A stretch of 64,000 nt of DNA from Nitrosopumilaceae archaeon (GCA_965214835.1 CBDCCK010000002.1:864001-928000); one strand, 5' to 3'; positions 41,832-52,486 are shown, numbered from the stretch's first letter. The notes: a model not told the origin generated them from the letters alone. Numbers and translations: made by a program.

Positions 41832-43397
41832 ATGCGGAAACTCGTCCTCCTTGCGATTTTCAGCGCCTTTCTCGTGGGATTTTCTGGATCCAGCCACGGA
41901 CAGGCCCAGGACGTCGTCGTATTGCATACCCCGTCTGGAGAACTCGTCATAGAGTTTTTCCACGAGGATGCGCCCAACCACGTCGATAACTTCATCAGGC
42001 TGGCCGGCGAGGGGTTCTATGATCGCACCGTGTTTCACAGGATAATCTCTGGATTCATGATCCAGGGGGGCGATCCGCAAACAAAACCCGGGACATATGA
42101 TAGTACCACACAGTGGGGAACGGGAAATCCCGGATATCACATTGACGCGGAATTCAACGATATCAGTCATGTCAGGGGAATCGTCTCGATGGCAAGATCA
42201 AGTGATCCAGACAGTGCGGGCTCGCAGTTCTTTATAGTTCATAGGGATTCTGCCTTTCTAGATGGCAGCTATACCGTGTTTGGCCGGCTGGTAACGGCGG
42301 AGAGCTTTGAGACGCTTGACAGGATTGCGCAATTGGAAACCCCCCTCACACAAGGTACTGCATCACAAAACGAGCCGGGGGCCACCATTCCTGTGGACCG
42401 GGAAGGCGCCCAAATCCTCCGGGCCGAGGTACTGCCCAAATCCGAGGTCGATGATCTGATTGAGCTTGGAGAACCTGCACGCCTGGAAAACAACATCACT
42501 CTTCCTGACAACCAGGTATACTCCAACAAAAAACTGGGCGTAGAGTTCCTGGCACCTGTTGGATGGCTGCTACAGGAACCCCAAAAATCCAGGCCGGACG
42601 TTCCTGACATCGTGGCAGTAACACAGGGAACCGAGGGAATCAACCCCTCCATCTCAGTAACAATATCGTACTCTGGCGGCCAGTCACTGGACGACAAAAT
42701 AAGCGAGCGCAAGCAATCCATTCGACCGGCACTGGACTCTGGTGATCTGGAGTTGGTATCTGAGGAAAAAACCGATCTTTATGGCCGTGAAAGCTTTGTG
42801 CTGCTGGCAGACGGAACGTTTGATGACGGCGAGACCGCCGTAAATGTAAGGTTCAACGAGGTCACATTTCTTGAAAATGAAAAATTCTACGCACTAACAT
42901 ATACTGCCTCAGAAGGCGACTATGGATCCCACCTGGACGAGTTTGATCAGGCCGTAGAGACGTTCAGGACGCTTGAGGCAGAGGAGCAAACCCAAGCCAG
43001 CGCCGACGGCGGCCAGGACGGAGGGTGTCTTGTTGCAACTGCAGCATATGGCTCGGAGATGGCGCCGCAGGTTCAACTCCTCCGGGAAATCCGTGACAAC
43101 GCGGTGCTGAACACCCAGTCCGGCTCTGCATTCATGGCCGGATTCAGCCAGTTGTACTATTTGTTCTCCCCCACGGTTGCCGACTGGGAGCGGCAAAACC
43201 CCGCCTTCAAGGAGGCAGTAAGGATAGCAATTACACCACTGCTTTCCACCCTTGCGATTCTGAGCCATGTCGATATCGGCTCTGAGCACGAAATACTGGG
43301 CTATGGCCTAGGCGTTATTGCAATCAACGTCGGAATGTACCTAGTCGCGCCAGCGATGATCATCCGCAGGATTCTCAGAAAATATAATGGCGGCTAA
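41832..43397 (+). CDS. Exported cyclophilin-type PPIase with C-terminal CFI-box-CTERM domain
   Basis: FHRIISGFMIQGGDP, SMAR..DPDSAGSQFFI, YTVFG; GGCLVATAAYGSE..QVQLLREIRD. Confidence 0.9.
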   Translation: MRKLVLLAIFSAFLVGFSGSSHGQAQDVVVLHTPSGELVIEFFHEDAPNHVDNFIRLAGEGFYDRTVFHRIISGFMIQGGDPQTKPGTYDSTTQWGTGNPGYHIDAEFNDISHVRGIVSMARSSDPDSAGSQFFIVHRDSAFLDGSYTVFGRLVTAESFETLDRIAQLETPLTQGTASQNEPGATIPVDREGAQILRAEVLPKSEVDDLIELGEPARLENNITLPDNQVYSNKKLGVEFLAPVGWLLQEPQKSRPDVPDIVAVTQGTEGINPSISVTISYSGGQSLDDKISERKQSIRPALDSGDLELVSEEKTDLYGRESFVLLADGTFDDGETAVNVRFNEVTFLENEKFYALTYTASEGDYGSHLDEFDQAVETFRTLEAEEQTQASADGGQDGGCLVATAAYGSEMAPQVQLLREIRDNAVLNTQSGSAFMAGFSQLYYLFSPTVADWERQNPAFKEAVRIAITPLLSTLAILSHVDIGSEHEILGYGLGVIAINVGMYLVAPAMIIRRILRKYNGG

Positions 43398-43416
43398 GTC
43401 TATGATCATTCCTGGC

Positions 43417-43505
43417 GTACAGGGCCACCTCCTGACTGGTCGGACATGAATTTTGATGCAACCGTGATTTTCATGCCTGGCCGGCAAGAGGGCGTGACTT
43501 TGTGC
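43417..43505. repeat. Degenerate MITE family A copy
   Basis: GTACAGGGCCACCTCC...GACATGAA...TTCATGCC...GGGCGTGACTTTGTGC. Confidence 0.65.
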
Positions 43506-43646
43506 CACTCCGATTCACACCGGCAAAGTGTGCCATAGTACGCACAATTGAAAATCGAACACTTTTGTGTAAAAACAGGCAACTATGTCAAATTATGATC
43601 GATTATTTTATGTTCATACTACGGCTCTACTGCGCTAGGCGGCCTA

Positions 43647-44102
43647 TCAGTCAGATTGTGCATGATCGCCAAATTTCAGAAGCTCCCTTGTTTTTACAAC
43701 GAAAATGTCTGCCATTTCTACCAGTTTCTTTCCCTGAGTTTCGGATATGGTTCCTGCTTGGCCGTACAAGGATTCATTTCGGCGCAATCTCGCCTTCCTA
43801 AATGCCCGAATGACATCTTGTGGTATTTTTGCAAAATATACCACCTCGATAAACGATACCACCGCCATGTGGTGTTCGTGACTCTTTGGCCTGTATCCAC
43901 GTGAAAACATCAATGCCCTGCCGGCCTGTAGCATCGCATTGTAGGCCGCATTGTGGGCCCAGCCCCATTCTTTAATCTCCGCCATTTTTTTAGCAGAGGC
44001 GACATCACTTATTGCAATTTGTACCTCGTTTTTGACCTGCTCGGTGTCGGCAGAGCCAAACTTTTCAACCAAATTCTTTCTTAATAGATCGCTTAAATTC
44101 AT
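43647..44102 (-). CDS. HEPN domain protein
   Basis: AYNAMLQAGRALM..GYRPKSHEHH, RNESLY (Rx4Y); overlaps the MNT gene. Confidence 0.85.
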   Translation of the reverse strand: MNLSDLLRKNLVEKFGSADTEQVKNEVQIAISDVASAKKMAEIKEWGWAHNAAYNAMLQAGRALMFSRGYRPKSHEHHMAVVSFIEVVYFAKIPQDVIRAFRKARLRRNESLYGQAGTISETQGKKLVEMADIFVVKTRELLKFGDHAQSD

Positions 44103-44670
44103 TCTTGTCTCCTGCCGTCATTATTATGGGAGTCTTTAAAATTTCCCTTATCAGTGGAATCCGCTCGCTTGATTTTTGCCTGAATTCCTTTTCAGTCCAT
44201 ATTGAAATGTTGATCTCACGCCCGATATTTTTTTCAATTTTTGCAATTGAATACAGCACTGAATCCTCATTGACGTTGTCGCCGACTACCAGCATGTCCA
44301 CATCGCTTGTGGCCGTTTCCGTACCCCTTGCCACCGATCCGTATATGGCAGCGTACTTGATCCCCTCGCTGCAGTCATTACCCATCCCCTCACGTATCAC
44401 CTGTCCCACACTTTCGGTCTTGAGGAATATTCTTTTAAGATCATCCCAGATCGGAGACCTTCTCTCGGAACGGTACAGTACCATGTTTCCTTCCCTTCTG
44501 CTTTTCAGGAGACCGAGTGACTGCAGGTTGCTCAGTTCTTTTTGTGCCTGAACCGGGGAAACACCGACAACTCTTGACAGCTTGCGTATGTGGTACTCTG
44601 CATCTGGATTCAACAGAACCTGTTCAAGTATCCTTACCCTAGACTTTGATGTAAAGAGTCTCTCTAGCAT
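44065..44670 (-). CDS. wHTH + minimal nucleotidyltransferase (MNT) protein
   Basis: MLERLFTSKSRVRIL wHTH; IYGSVARG..TSDVDML. Confidence 0.88.
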   Translation of the reverse strand: MLERLFTSKSRVRILEQVLLNPDAEYHIRKLSRVVGVSPVQAQKELSNLQSLGLLKSRREGNMVLYRSERRSPIWDDLKRIFLKTESVGQVIREGMGNDCSEGIKYAAIYGSVARGTETATSDVDMLVVGDNVNEDSVLYSIAKIEKNIGREINISIWTEKEFRQKSSERIPLIREILKTPIIMTAGDKNEFKRSIKKEFG

Positions 44671-44710
44671 TGTAAACCAAACATATACAAATGTAAATAA
44701 AAAGTTTACG
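44671..44710. promoter_or_regulatory. Tandem palindromic operator candidates upstream of MNT-HEPN
   Basis: TGTAAA-N7-TATACA (44671-44689) and TGTAAA-N7-TTTACG (44692-44710). Confidence 0.55.
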
Positions 44711-44719
44711 AAAGGATCT

Positions 44720-46126
44720 CCGCAGGCGATGTCAATCCACCCTCCACAGGCTTCATAGACCTCTTTTGCCTTGATTTTGGGCTCGCCGTCCCTAGTCTGC
44801 GTTGCCTGCTCTGCACCGTACTGCCTGGCGCTGTTGGAGTGTTGCTGCCAGAGCCACTTGATGTCCTCTTCTGACTGGCCGTGTGAGAGGCCGCCGCCCT
44901 CGATGATTTTTCTGGCCTCCTTGAGCAGGAGGTTCAATATCCTAGATTTCTCCCTTGGCTCGGTAAGCTGGGCGAGCAGCTGCTTGTTGTCGGTATCGCC
45001 CCCGAATATCTCTTCAAACCTGAACAGGGCGATCCGGCACAGATCCGCTTTTTTCATCTTTGGGAGCTCCGGCAGGGCATTGTATGAAAATAGTAGCCTG
45101 CCGGTAAACGTCATTGAATAGCTGTCCTGCCCTTGTGGTGCACGTAGATGTTCTCATCGCCCATGACTGGTGACTTTCACACTCGTGGATTTTAGGGCGC
45201 CCTCCGGTAAATCATAGAAGATATTGGCGTGCTTGCCGCCCAGATTCACGGCGGCAAAGCGGTCATGCTCAAGGGCCTGCCAGGGGATTGAGCTTACGGC
45301 GCTTCTGCCAAGGATTGCCTTGAGGACTTTTAGCAAGGTGCTCTTGCCGTCATGCCTGTCGCCCTGCAATAGGCAGTACTTGGGGACGCTTACCCTATTC
45401 TGCAGCAAGACGGAGGCGCAGAACTCAGAGGGCAGCCCTAGTGTCCGGATCCGGCATTATTTCCTCTAGGAATTTCAGGAATTTGGTAGACTCGCCTGCA
45501 TCCGGGACGAAATTGACGTCAAGCTGCCTGGTACTCAAAAACGGATTGTCGGGATCCTCATCTATCTTTCTGCCGGATTCTAGGTGGACGAACTCGTTCT
45601 TACAGTTCAGCAGATTGGGATCAGAATCAAAGTCCAGCCTTGAGGCCAGCGTCCTGTCCTTGATGTGTGAGATGATCTCGGAGCGCTCGTGGTTTGTCCG
45701 TGTCGGCCACGTCTGGGTTATGGCTGCCTTGAGCTCTGCCATCTCCCTTCCTGCATAGTGATAAACGCGGTTCTGTCTCAAGTAAACCTCACCGGTCTCC
45801 TTGAGTGTGATGATGTCGCGCTTTTTTCCCGCTAGGATCTGCATTGCCGTCTTGTACGGGTCAGGCCTCTCCTCCTCTGCGGATTCCTTGGGCTTCTTTT
45901 TGGTTTTCTTCTGCTGCTCCTCCAGCTGCAGGGCTGAGGCAAGCTTGGAATGTGCCATTACAGTATGTTCTATCTGCATCTTACAGTCTGCGTGTTCTGT
46001 TCTGTCCTCCTCCTTCTTGAGGTTGATCCATTTGCCGTGAGCCAAGCAGTACCGCGCGCCGTCGTCCATCTTAACCGTCCTAGTATACTCCCGGAGGTCA
46101 TGTCCCTTCTTTCTGCAGGAGCTCAA
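44720..46126 (-). pseudogene. Fragmented phage/plasmid primase-helicase (D5/P4-like SF3)
   Basis: FDSDPNLLNCKN..VHL, FLKFLEEI, degenerate Walker A GDRHDGKSTLL, KHANIFYDL, FTGRLLFSYNALP spread over three frames. Confidence 0.75.
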
Positions 46127-46800
46127 TGCCTCGGATCATTCGTCCTTGGCATAGTCGCCATCGCAGGTGTTGCACCGGATCATCTCGATCCTCTTGCAGT
46201 CCTCACTTGACAGGAACCAAGACCTCCTGATAATAGTTGATTTTGCAGCCCCGTCGTTTGTGGCGATCCATGAGCAGGTCACCACTTAGCAGCCGATACG
46301 AGGCCGGGAACGTCCTGTTACAACCATGGCAGAAAACATAGGTTATTGATGGCCTCAAGAGTCCTCCCCCTCACCGTTTTTGGGCTCTGCATCACGTACA
46401 GAGCCAAGCCGCCTACCTGTAAGGTCGCAGATGTGGTTATCGCCTCGCCACCAGGCAACGGTCCTGTGTAATCTTCGAGACCTGAAATATGGACTTCTCT
46501 GAAATTATCATGCCTGAATCCTTCTTCTCTCAACGATGTCTGTTCCCCGTATGTCAAAAAGTCCCCTGGGTGAGAACCTGAACTGTAGCAACCGGGGCAG
46601 TTGGCTTTCTGCCGTCACCGCCTTTTCTTTGGATCGTCAGTTCGCCGAGTTTGAGGTTTCCCCTATCCGTGATTGAGGCCCCACCCATGCAACATTCTAT
46701 GACTTTGTCAATTGGCAAGACTGCCTACCTGTACGGGTGGGTTCTGTGTAATCTTCGCGATATGGATCTTCTCTGAATTGAGCTCAACCTGTTCTCTTAT

Positions 46801-46911
46801 CAGCTAAGTGAAAAGTACCCTGAAATCGAGCAAAAACAAAAACTGGGCACGAGGCGCAACGCCTCAGCAGCAAGGTAAAACAGCAAATCTCATTTACATT
46901 TCACTTAGCTG
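46801..46911. mobile_element. 111-bp MITE (family B)
   Basis: CAGCTAAGTGAAA ends; 6-bp direct repeat TCTTAT on both sides; reverse complement of 20943-21053. Confidence 0.88.
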
Positions 46912-47090
46912 TCTTATGGGTCATGTAACGCTGCCGGGACGTGAGAGAATGCAATCATTCTGTATTCCTTTGTGGCCTACACTGCTTCCTAAAACAGGCA
47001 AAATACCTTTCAAATCATATGACTGAACTGATATCGGAGATGACCCGCACAGACAAATGCATTCCAAGACGATTCAAGAGTGGAACGAGC

Positions 47091-47345
47091 TCATTTCAAA
47101 TATTCGAGCAAAATCACCCTGAGTTGCTCTCTGCTCTTATCATGAAGAGGCTCGCCCGGATCAGTTCCAATAATGTTCCGCAACTTTCCTATCATAAATA
47201 TGTCCTCGACCATATTCTCAACAAGATGCTCACGTATTCTTTGCCGATCCCTGTTCTTGATCGCTGGAAGAAGTTCTCTGTATGATTCCATCTTCTTGTT
47301 CATGAAATCCAAAAAAACACCAGTTGCTTTGTCTTCTTCTTTCAT
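47091..47345 (-). CDS. Hypothetical protein (possibly a fragment)
   Basis: ATG 2 bp after the stop of the upstream nuclease fragment. Confidence 0.4.
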   Translation of the reverse strand: MKEEDKATGVFLDFMNKKMESYRELLPAIKNRDRQRIREHLVENMVEDIFMIGKLRNIIGTDPGEPLHDKSREQLRVILLEYLK

Positions 47346-47347
47346 GT

Positions 47348-47880
47348 CTACAGCACACTCTGTCTTCCACTCTGCCTTTTCTCTGTAACCGGCACCTGCA
47401 TGATGTTGCTGATCTGAGGCAGGTTTGGAAGCCTCCCGTCAAAATAGTCCATAATCGTGTAAATCTGAATCTTCGGATGTTCTGTACCTAGCGGCGTCTG
47501 GGTCATGCCGCCGGATGCGGCCTCCTTTTTCATTTCGGATGTGGGTTCTCTTACGCAGACAAATATGCCAAACCCCGCACCTTCGCACTCGACCGTTCCC
47601 TTGAGATCACGCACCATTGCAGGGCCTATCTGATTTCCTCCCTTTACGGAGACTATCACTTTCTCGTATTTGGGTTGTCCCCTAGAACCAGATCCTACAT
47701 GGATGTATCCCCTTCCGTCGATTCCCTTGTCCCTACCCTTCTTCTGGTTTGGCATTATGCCGTCTATCCTTGTGGCGGCCCACACCTCAAACTGGTACTT
47801 GTCACGTTTTGCCAGATCCTTTGCTGATTCGAGCGTAATCGGCATTCCCTTCACATCTGGCCTTACTCCGAATGCACTCT
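47348..47880 (-). pseudogene. C-terminal Mrr-like nuclease domain of a methylase-endonuclease fusion, 5' truncated
   Basis: DKYQFEVWA, DKGIDG, IVSVKGG, MVRDLKG, PKIQI. Confidence 0.7.
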
Positions 47881-48067
47881 TCATGCGACGGTGCACTGGA
47901 CGGCCAGACCCCGGCAGAATCGGCCCTGATAAGCGTGGACGGCACAAACAAGTGGATGACGATAATCCAGAACGCCTCACTAAGTAAAAATTCAGCCTAG
48001 TCGTAAAAATCGAATCTGAAGAAGATCCATATTTCAGGTCTCGAAGATTACACAGAACCCAGGCATG

Positions 48068-49211
48068 TGGGATCCGAAAAGTAGTTCACCCCCCCTATCT
48101 GACATGATATTCCTCCCTGGTCTGCCCATCTATGACCGTTTCGCCCGCAGGGGGCATCTTGCGCTCATATGCCTGCGCCGGCGTCTCCCGGTTCTCCCGG
48201 TCAAGGGACATGTGGGGCCTGTCGTAGTTGTACCATTTCATGAACAGATCCATGGGATCGCTTGTTCTCATCATGATATCCTCAAACTCGTGCAGCTTGC
48301 GCTGTATCTCGCCGTGCAGCCTCTCGACCTTGCCGTTTGTCTGCGGGTGGCGCACCCCGGCAAGGACCTGCCGTATGCCTAGGGCCTCCAGGCTCTCCTC
48401 GAACTCGCTGTGCCCCCTCTTTGCGCCCTGTTTTTCGTTTGCATAGAACTGGCTTCCGTGGTCCGTCATTATGGAGGCGGGCCTGCCGTGCTTCTGCATG
48501 GCCCCGTCAAGCACCTTGAGGGCGTTTTCTGTAGTCGCGTTGTCAAATATGCCGTATCCGGTCACGAACCGGGATGCGTCGTCCTCGTAGCACAAAAACC
48601 ACCTGCCATCGTGCATTCCGCCGTGTATCTGCTTCCAATCGGTGTGCCACATGGAGTTGGAATACTCCATCTCCCAGCGCAGCCACCTGCGTTTTCTGCG
48701 CCCGTTGGGCTCGTCTCTGGCCATCCCTTCGTCCTTTAGCATGCCGTGCAGTGTATGTCGCGGGATATTAATCCCGGTCTTTTCCCTTATGAGATCCTGC
48801 AGGGATGCCGCACCCAGGTGCTCGGAGGGTCGCACCGAGAGGACCGCCGAGTGCTCCCTGCGCCCGGGCATGCCGTTCTGGGGCCTTCCCATCCGTGCGG
48901 GGTGCGATATGTCCTGTATGGTGCCTGACCTGTGCCGGGCCCACAGTTTCTGTACCCAGCGGACCGAGACGTTCATGGATTCGGCTATCTGGGCGTTTGT
49001 CATGTCTCCCTTTTGCTTTTGGCGTACTATCCACTGTACGCCTGACTTGTTTAGATTCATGTTGTTGGGGCGTGCAAGACTGACGTATTTACCAGCCCTT
49101 TTGCGCCAGACCCACACACCCTTGTTTCCAGTGGCATGCATGAGGCCCGTGCATCTGATCCTTACCGACTTTACACCCTCGGAGAAGGGGTGAACTACTT
49201 TTTGGATTATA
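48068..49211 (-). mobile_element. IS481-family element (transposase about 48095-49060)
   Basis: WHTDWK, DDASR, TDHGSQF, HPQTNGKVERLH, YNYDRPH; ends ATCC.AAAAGTAGTTCACCCC inverted. Confidence 0.88.
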
Positions 49212-50253
49212 GATCGCACCATCACCGGTGTCCTCCTCCATCCATTTTGGGTTGCTTTTCCTGATCGCATCTGTGGCCTCCCTGTCGGAGAATGCTCGCA
49301 GCGGCGTCTCGTAGTTGTCTATATCCAGCGACCAGTGCAGCCTGTCCTCGTTGTAGTAGCCTATGTATGCAGACAGGCTCTCGTGGTTCCATATCTCCTC
49401 CTCGATGCTCCGATGGAAGCGTTCCAGCTTGCCGTTGGTCTGTGGGTGGTACGGCCTGGAGTTTATCAGCTCGATTCCGCAGTTGAGCAGCTCCTCCTCA
49501 AAGGCAGTGGGCCTCCACACGCCCTTGGGCGGACTCTTCTTTTTCTTTGGATCCGAGCGCGCCCCGACAAAGCACTTGCCGTTGTCTGATAAAATGGTTG
49601 CAGGCGCGCCGAACTGGGCCACGGCCTGCCGCAGGACCGCCACGACGTTCTCCGAGGTGGCCTCCCTGAACAGGCCCGCACCGGTCACGCACCGGGACGA
49701 ATCGTCCAGAAACGTGACTAGGTTGAGCCCTACAAAGCGCGGATCCTTCATGGTATGCCAGTCCACGTGCCACATGGCGTTGGAGTACCTGCGCTCAAAG
49801 CGGACGTATTTCCGGGGTCTGGATTTTGCAGGCGACGGCGTCACCAGCCCGTGCTCACTCATTATCCTGTATACCTCGCAGTAGCTTATATCGTGTTGTC
49901 TTCGCAGCCTCCTGGCCGTATGAACAACGCCTGCTGCACTGTGCTTGTGCTCCTCTAGGACGGCGCGCACGACACTGTCGGGAACCGGGGCGTTCCTTTT
50001 TCTTCCCGGCCTGAGCGGCACGTGGTGCGCACCACCCGTCTTCCTGAACCGGGCGTACATCCGCTGGACGTGTCTTTTTGTGACGCCTATCTCGGCGGCC
50101 ACCTCCGAGGGCCTTCGTCCCTTGGCACACTGCGTTACTGCGTATCTGATCTGCCTTGCCTTGAGCCTTGCAACCATCGGCTTTCTTGATCGGTAAAGCC
50201 TAAAGTAATCCTTTGCAATCCTCTTCAAATTAGTGCGATCTAATTTTCGTACA
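49212..50253 (-). mobile_element. Second IS481-family element (transposase from about 50177), distal end disrupted by the neighbouring IS481
   Basis: WHVDWH, DDSSR, SDNG, HPQTNGKLERFH; end TGCGATCTAATTTTCGTACA, with only AGATCGCA left at the other end. Confidence 0.85.
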
Positions 50254-50322
50254 ATAGAGATGTTGGGCATTGGCATGATTTTAGTTCAATTCAATATATT
50301 ACAGAAGGCAAAGAATGACAAC

Positions 50323-50409
50323 GATAGCGTTAGGGTACCGGTATGCCCTGCCGAGCTCAGACCTCGGTGGCGCCGACACACCATAGGGGTTCGAATCCCC
50401 TCGCTATCG
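50323..50409 (+). tRNA. Atypical class II tRNA with CAG anticodon (nominal tRNA-Leu; amino acid identity uncertain)
   Basis: GATAGCG/CGCTATC acceptor, AGGGTA/TGCCCT D-stem, CCGAG-CTCAGAC-CTCGG anticodon arm, long variable arm, AGGGG-TTCGAAT-CCCCT T-arm. Confidence 0.85.
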
Positions 50410-50466
50410 CTATAATCTACTGGAGATGTTTCTTATAAAAAAGGTTGGGTTTGGGCGGTTTGTAAG

Positions 50467-52237
50467 GTACGAGGTCACCTACCCCCATCAATCAGGCACG
50501 AATTAGATGCATGATTGTGATCTTCGTGCCTAGCTGGCAGCCCCCGTCAATGATCTTGTCCCCTTCAAGCGCAATCCATGGACTGCAGGCCTGAATTTTT
50601 TCACGGATTGTGTAGATCTGCCGTACGAGGTCACCTACCCCTAGATTATTTTGGCTACCTCAGCCACGATGGACTTGTCCTGCAGCTTCCACGTCGACGT
50701 GCATGTGTTGAACCATCCATACCTGTTCATCCAGACCAGGCCGCCCTTGATCTGACCGCTTATCTTGCCCTGCAGTACGACGGGGCGCAGCGCCCGCTCT
50801 GCGTTATTGTTGGTGGGCTCTACGCCCTCGTATTCCAAGAACGCAAACAGGCCCGGCAGGGCATTGTACATCCTCTTGACAAGGGACTTTAGCGATTCAT
50901 CCTACGTATCCCTGTATCCGAACAGGATGTTGCGCATCATGGTCTCAAACAGCCGGCGCAGCTCCGGCGAGTGCCGTCCCATCAGTCCGTCGGCCGCCCT
51001 TATCCCCGTCCTCTCCTCGAGCTCCCGGAGATCCTTCTCGGACAGCTTGTCCCAGCCCTCAAGACACTCCTTGGCATCCTTGAACAGCTGCTGCATCTGC
51101 CGGTACAGGACTCCTGCAAACAGCAGGGCGCCCTTTTTCTGCGAGCCATACAGGAGGAACCGCAGCTCGTGCGCCCAGCACCGCTGGAGCCTTCCCAGCA
51201 GCCCGAACCTCTTGTATGCGGGATATCCGTCCGATGTGACGATGCCCCCGTACCCGCCCATGTACTGGTCCAGGATCCGGGCGCTCCTGGTGTCTGCATA
51301 TATCATGAACACGCCCACCGCCGACAGCATGGCCCACGCCCATCCCAGCCTGCCTGCCAGGTTGATCCCCGTCTCGTCTATGCAGACGGTCTTTGAGCTT
51401 CTTACCTCCTCTGCGATGGCCTCGGCAGGCGCCTTTGCGGCGTCGCAGACGCGTCCCATGCTGTTGATTGCAGTTGACTTTGACATGTGCACGCCCAGGA
51501 TATCTGACATGACGCCCCGGATCCTGTTGTATGGGACGCCCTCGCTGCGCAGCTTTGTGACGGCTGTGACTATACTCGTGTCGTAGCTGCCGCGTCGGGG
51601 CAGGTCGTTGGGGGCAGTATGTATGGTGCCGCATTTCGGGCACACTGCCCTCTGTGTCTCGTGGCGCGTCTCAGTCGTCTTTATCTTGAATCCTATCATG
51701 TCGCGCACCTGCGGCTTTTTCATGATCTCTGTGGTGGTGCCGCAACTGCACTCCGGCGCCCGTCCCCCCGGAAAGCAGTGTTTCTGTACCCTGGCGGGCC
51801 GGTGGGTGCGCGATACGCCCTTGTGGCCCTTCTGGCCGCCGGGCTTTTTCCTGTCCCCCTTGGCGCCGTCATTTCCTGCTGCAGCATCGGACCTGGCCCT
51901 CTCCCTTCTCCTCTGCGCCTTTTGCCTCTTCCACTCCAGCGAGTCTGCCGACGGGGGCGAGTTCTCGTTCTCGTAGTATCGGAGCCTGTTGCCCTGCTCC
52001 CTGATGGTCTTGTTTAGCTTTTCGATTATCTTGTCCTTCTTTTCGATTATCTTGTCACGCTCCTTGAGGTCCTTTTTTAGATTCCTTATCGTCTCCGTGG
52101 GCGATGCTGCAGATGCCTCGATCTTGCAGCATGTGAGGAGTTGACCTTTCATAATGCCTAGTCTACGCGATCATAGTATAAGGATCAGGTACAGTCAGTA
52201 ATGTTTACCCTACTGTGAGGGGTAGGTGACCTCATAC
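50467..52237 (-). mobile_element. IS66-family (single-ORF, ISBst12-like) element with extended end; transposase 50641-52152 has one in-frame TAG
   Basis: TIR GTACGAGGTCACCTACCCC (50467 and 50623) / GGGGTAGGTGACCTCATAC; 8-bp TSD TTTGTAAG; NSPPS.D, GGQKGHKG, DETG, SDGYPAY, QRCWAH, PTNNNAERALR. Confidence 0.9.
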
Positions 52238-52245
52238 TTTGTAAG

Positions 52246-52486
52246 AGTTTACCTCTCCCCAGAGATACGGCGTGGCAGGCGTGATCATGAAGGCTCCGAC
52301 TAGCAGTGTAGCCTGGGGGTAAACTCTTACGGGCAGTTTACCATTAACGGTTAACGCCGGAATCGCCCCAGATCCTGCCAGAACCGAGCGCAGCAGGGCG
52401 GACTTGGGCATCTTGGCCTTGTGTGCAGCCGCGTCCAGAGCGTCCCACTCCTTGAGGATCAGCGGCATGCTTGCCCTTTTTGCCAT
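52246..52486 (-). CDS. Small ribbon-helix-helix-like protein (possibly a remnant)
   Basis: MAKRASMPLILKEWDALDAAAHKAKMPKSALLRSVL pattern; homologous fragment at ~19570-19625. Confidence 0.4.

Larger units (their letters stand above)
46460..48059. mobile_element. Non-autonomous cargo element with IS6-like inverted ends
   Basis: GGTCCTGTGTAATCTTCGAGACCTGAAATATGGA at 46460, inverted at ~48020-48059, extra copy at 46740; flanks CAGGCAAC / CAGGCATG. Confidence 0.65.

Noticed and set aside
44065-45114. 349-aa primase-MNT fusion shown in the ORF track
   Set aside because: The linker is an AT-rich promoter/operator tract and a typical wHTH-MNT start lies at 44670; likely chance read-through from the pseudogene.
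50355-50363. Reading the tRNA as tRNA-Sec (UCA)
   Set aside because: TCA lies at loop positions 33-35 rather than 34-36, and no sel genes or in-frame TGA selenoprotein candidates are seen in the window.
50902-50904. Amber readthrough (pyrrolysine) for in-frame TAGs in the IS66 and IS6-like transposases
   Set aside because: The TAGs occur only in decaying mobile genes, are simple single-base changes from sense codons, and no pyl genes are present.
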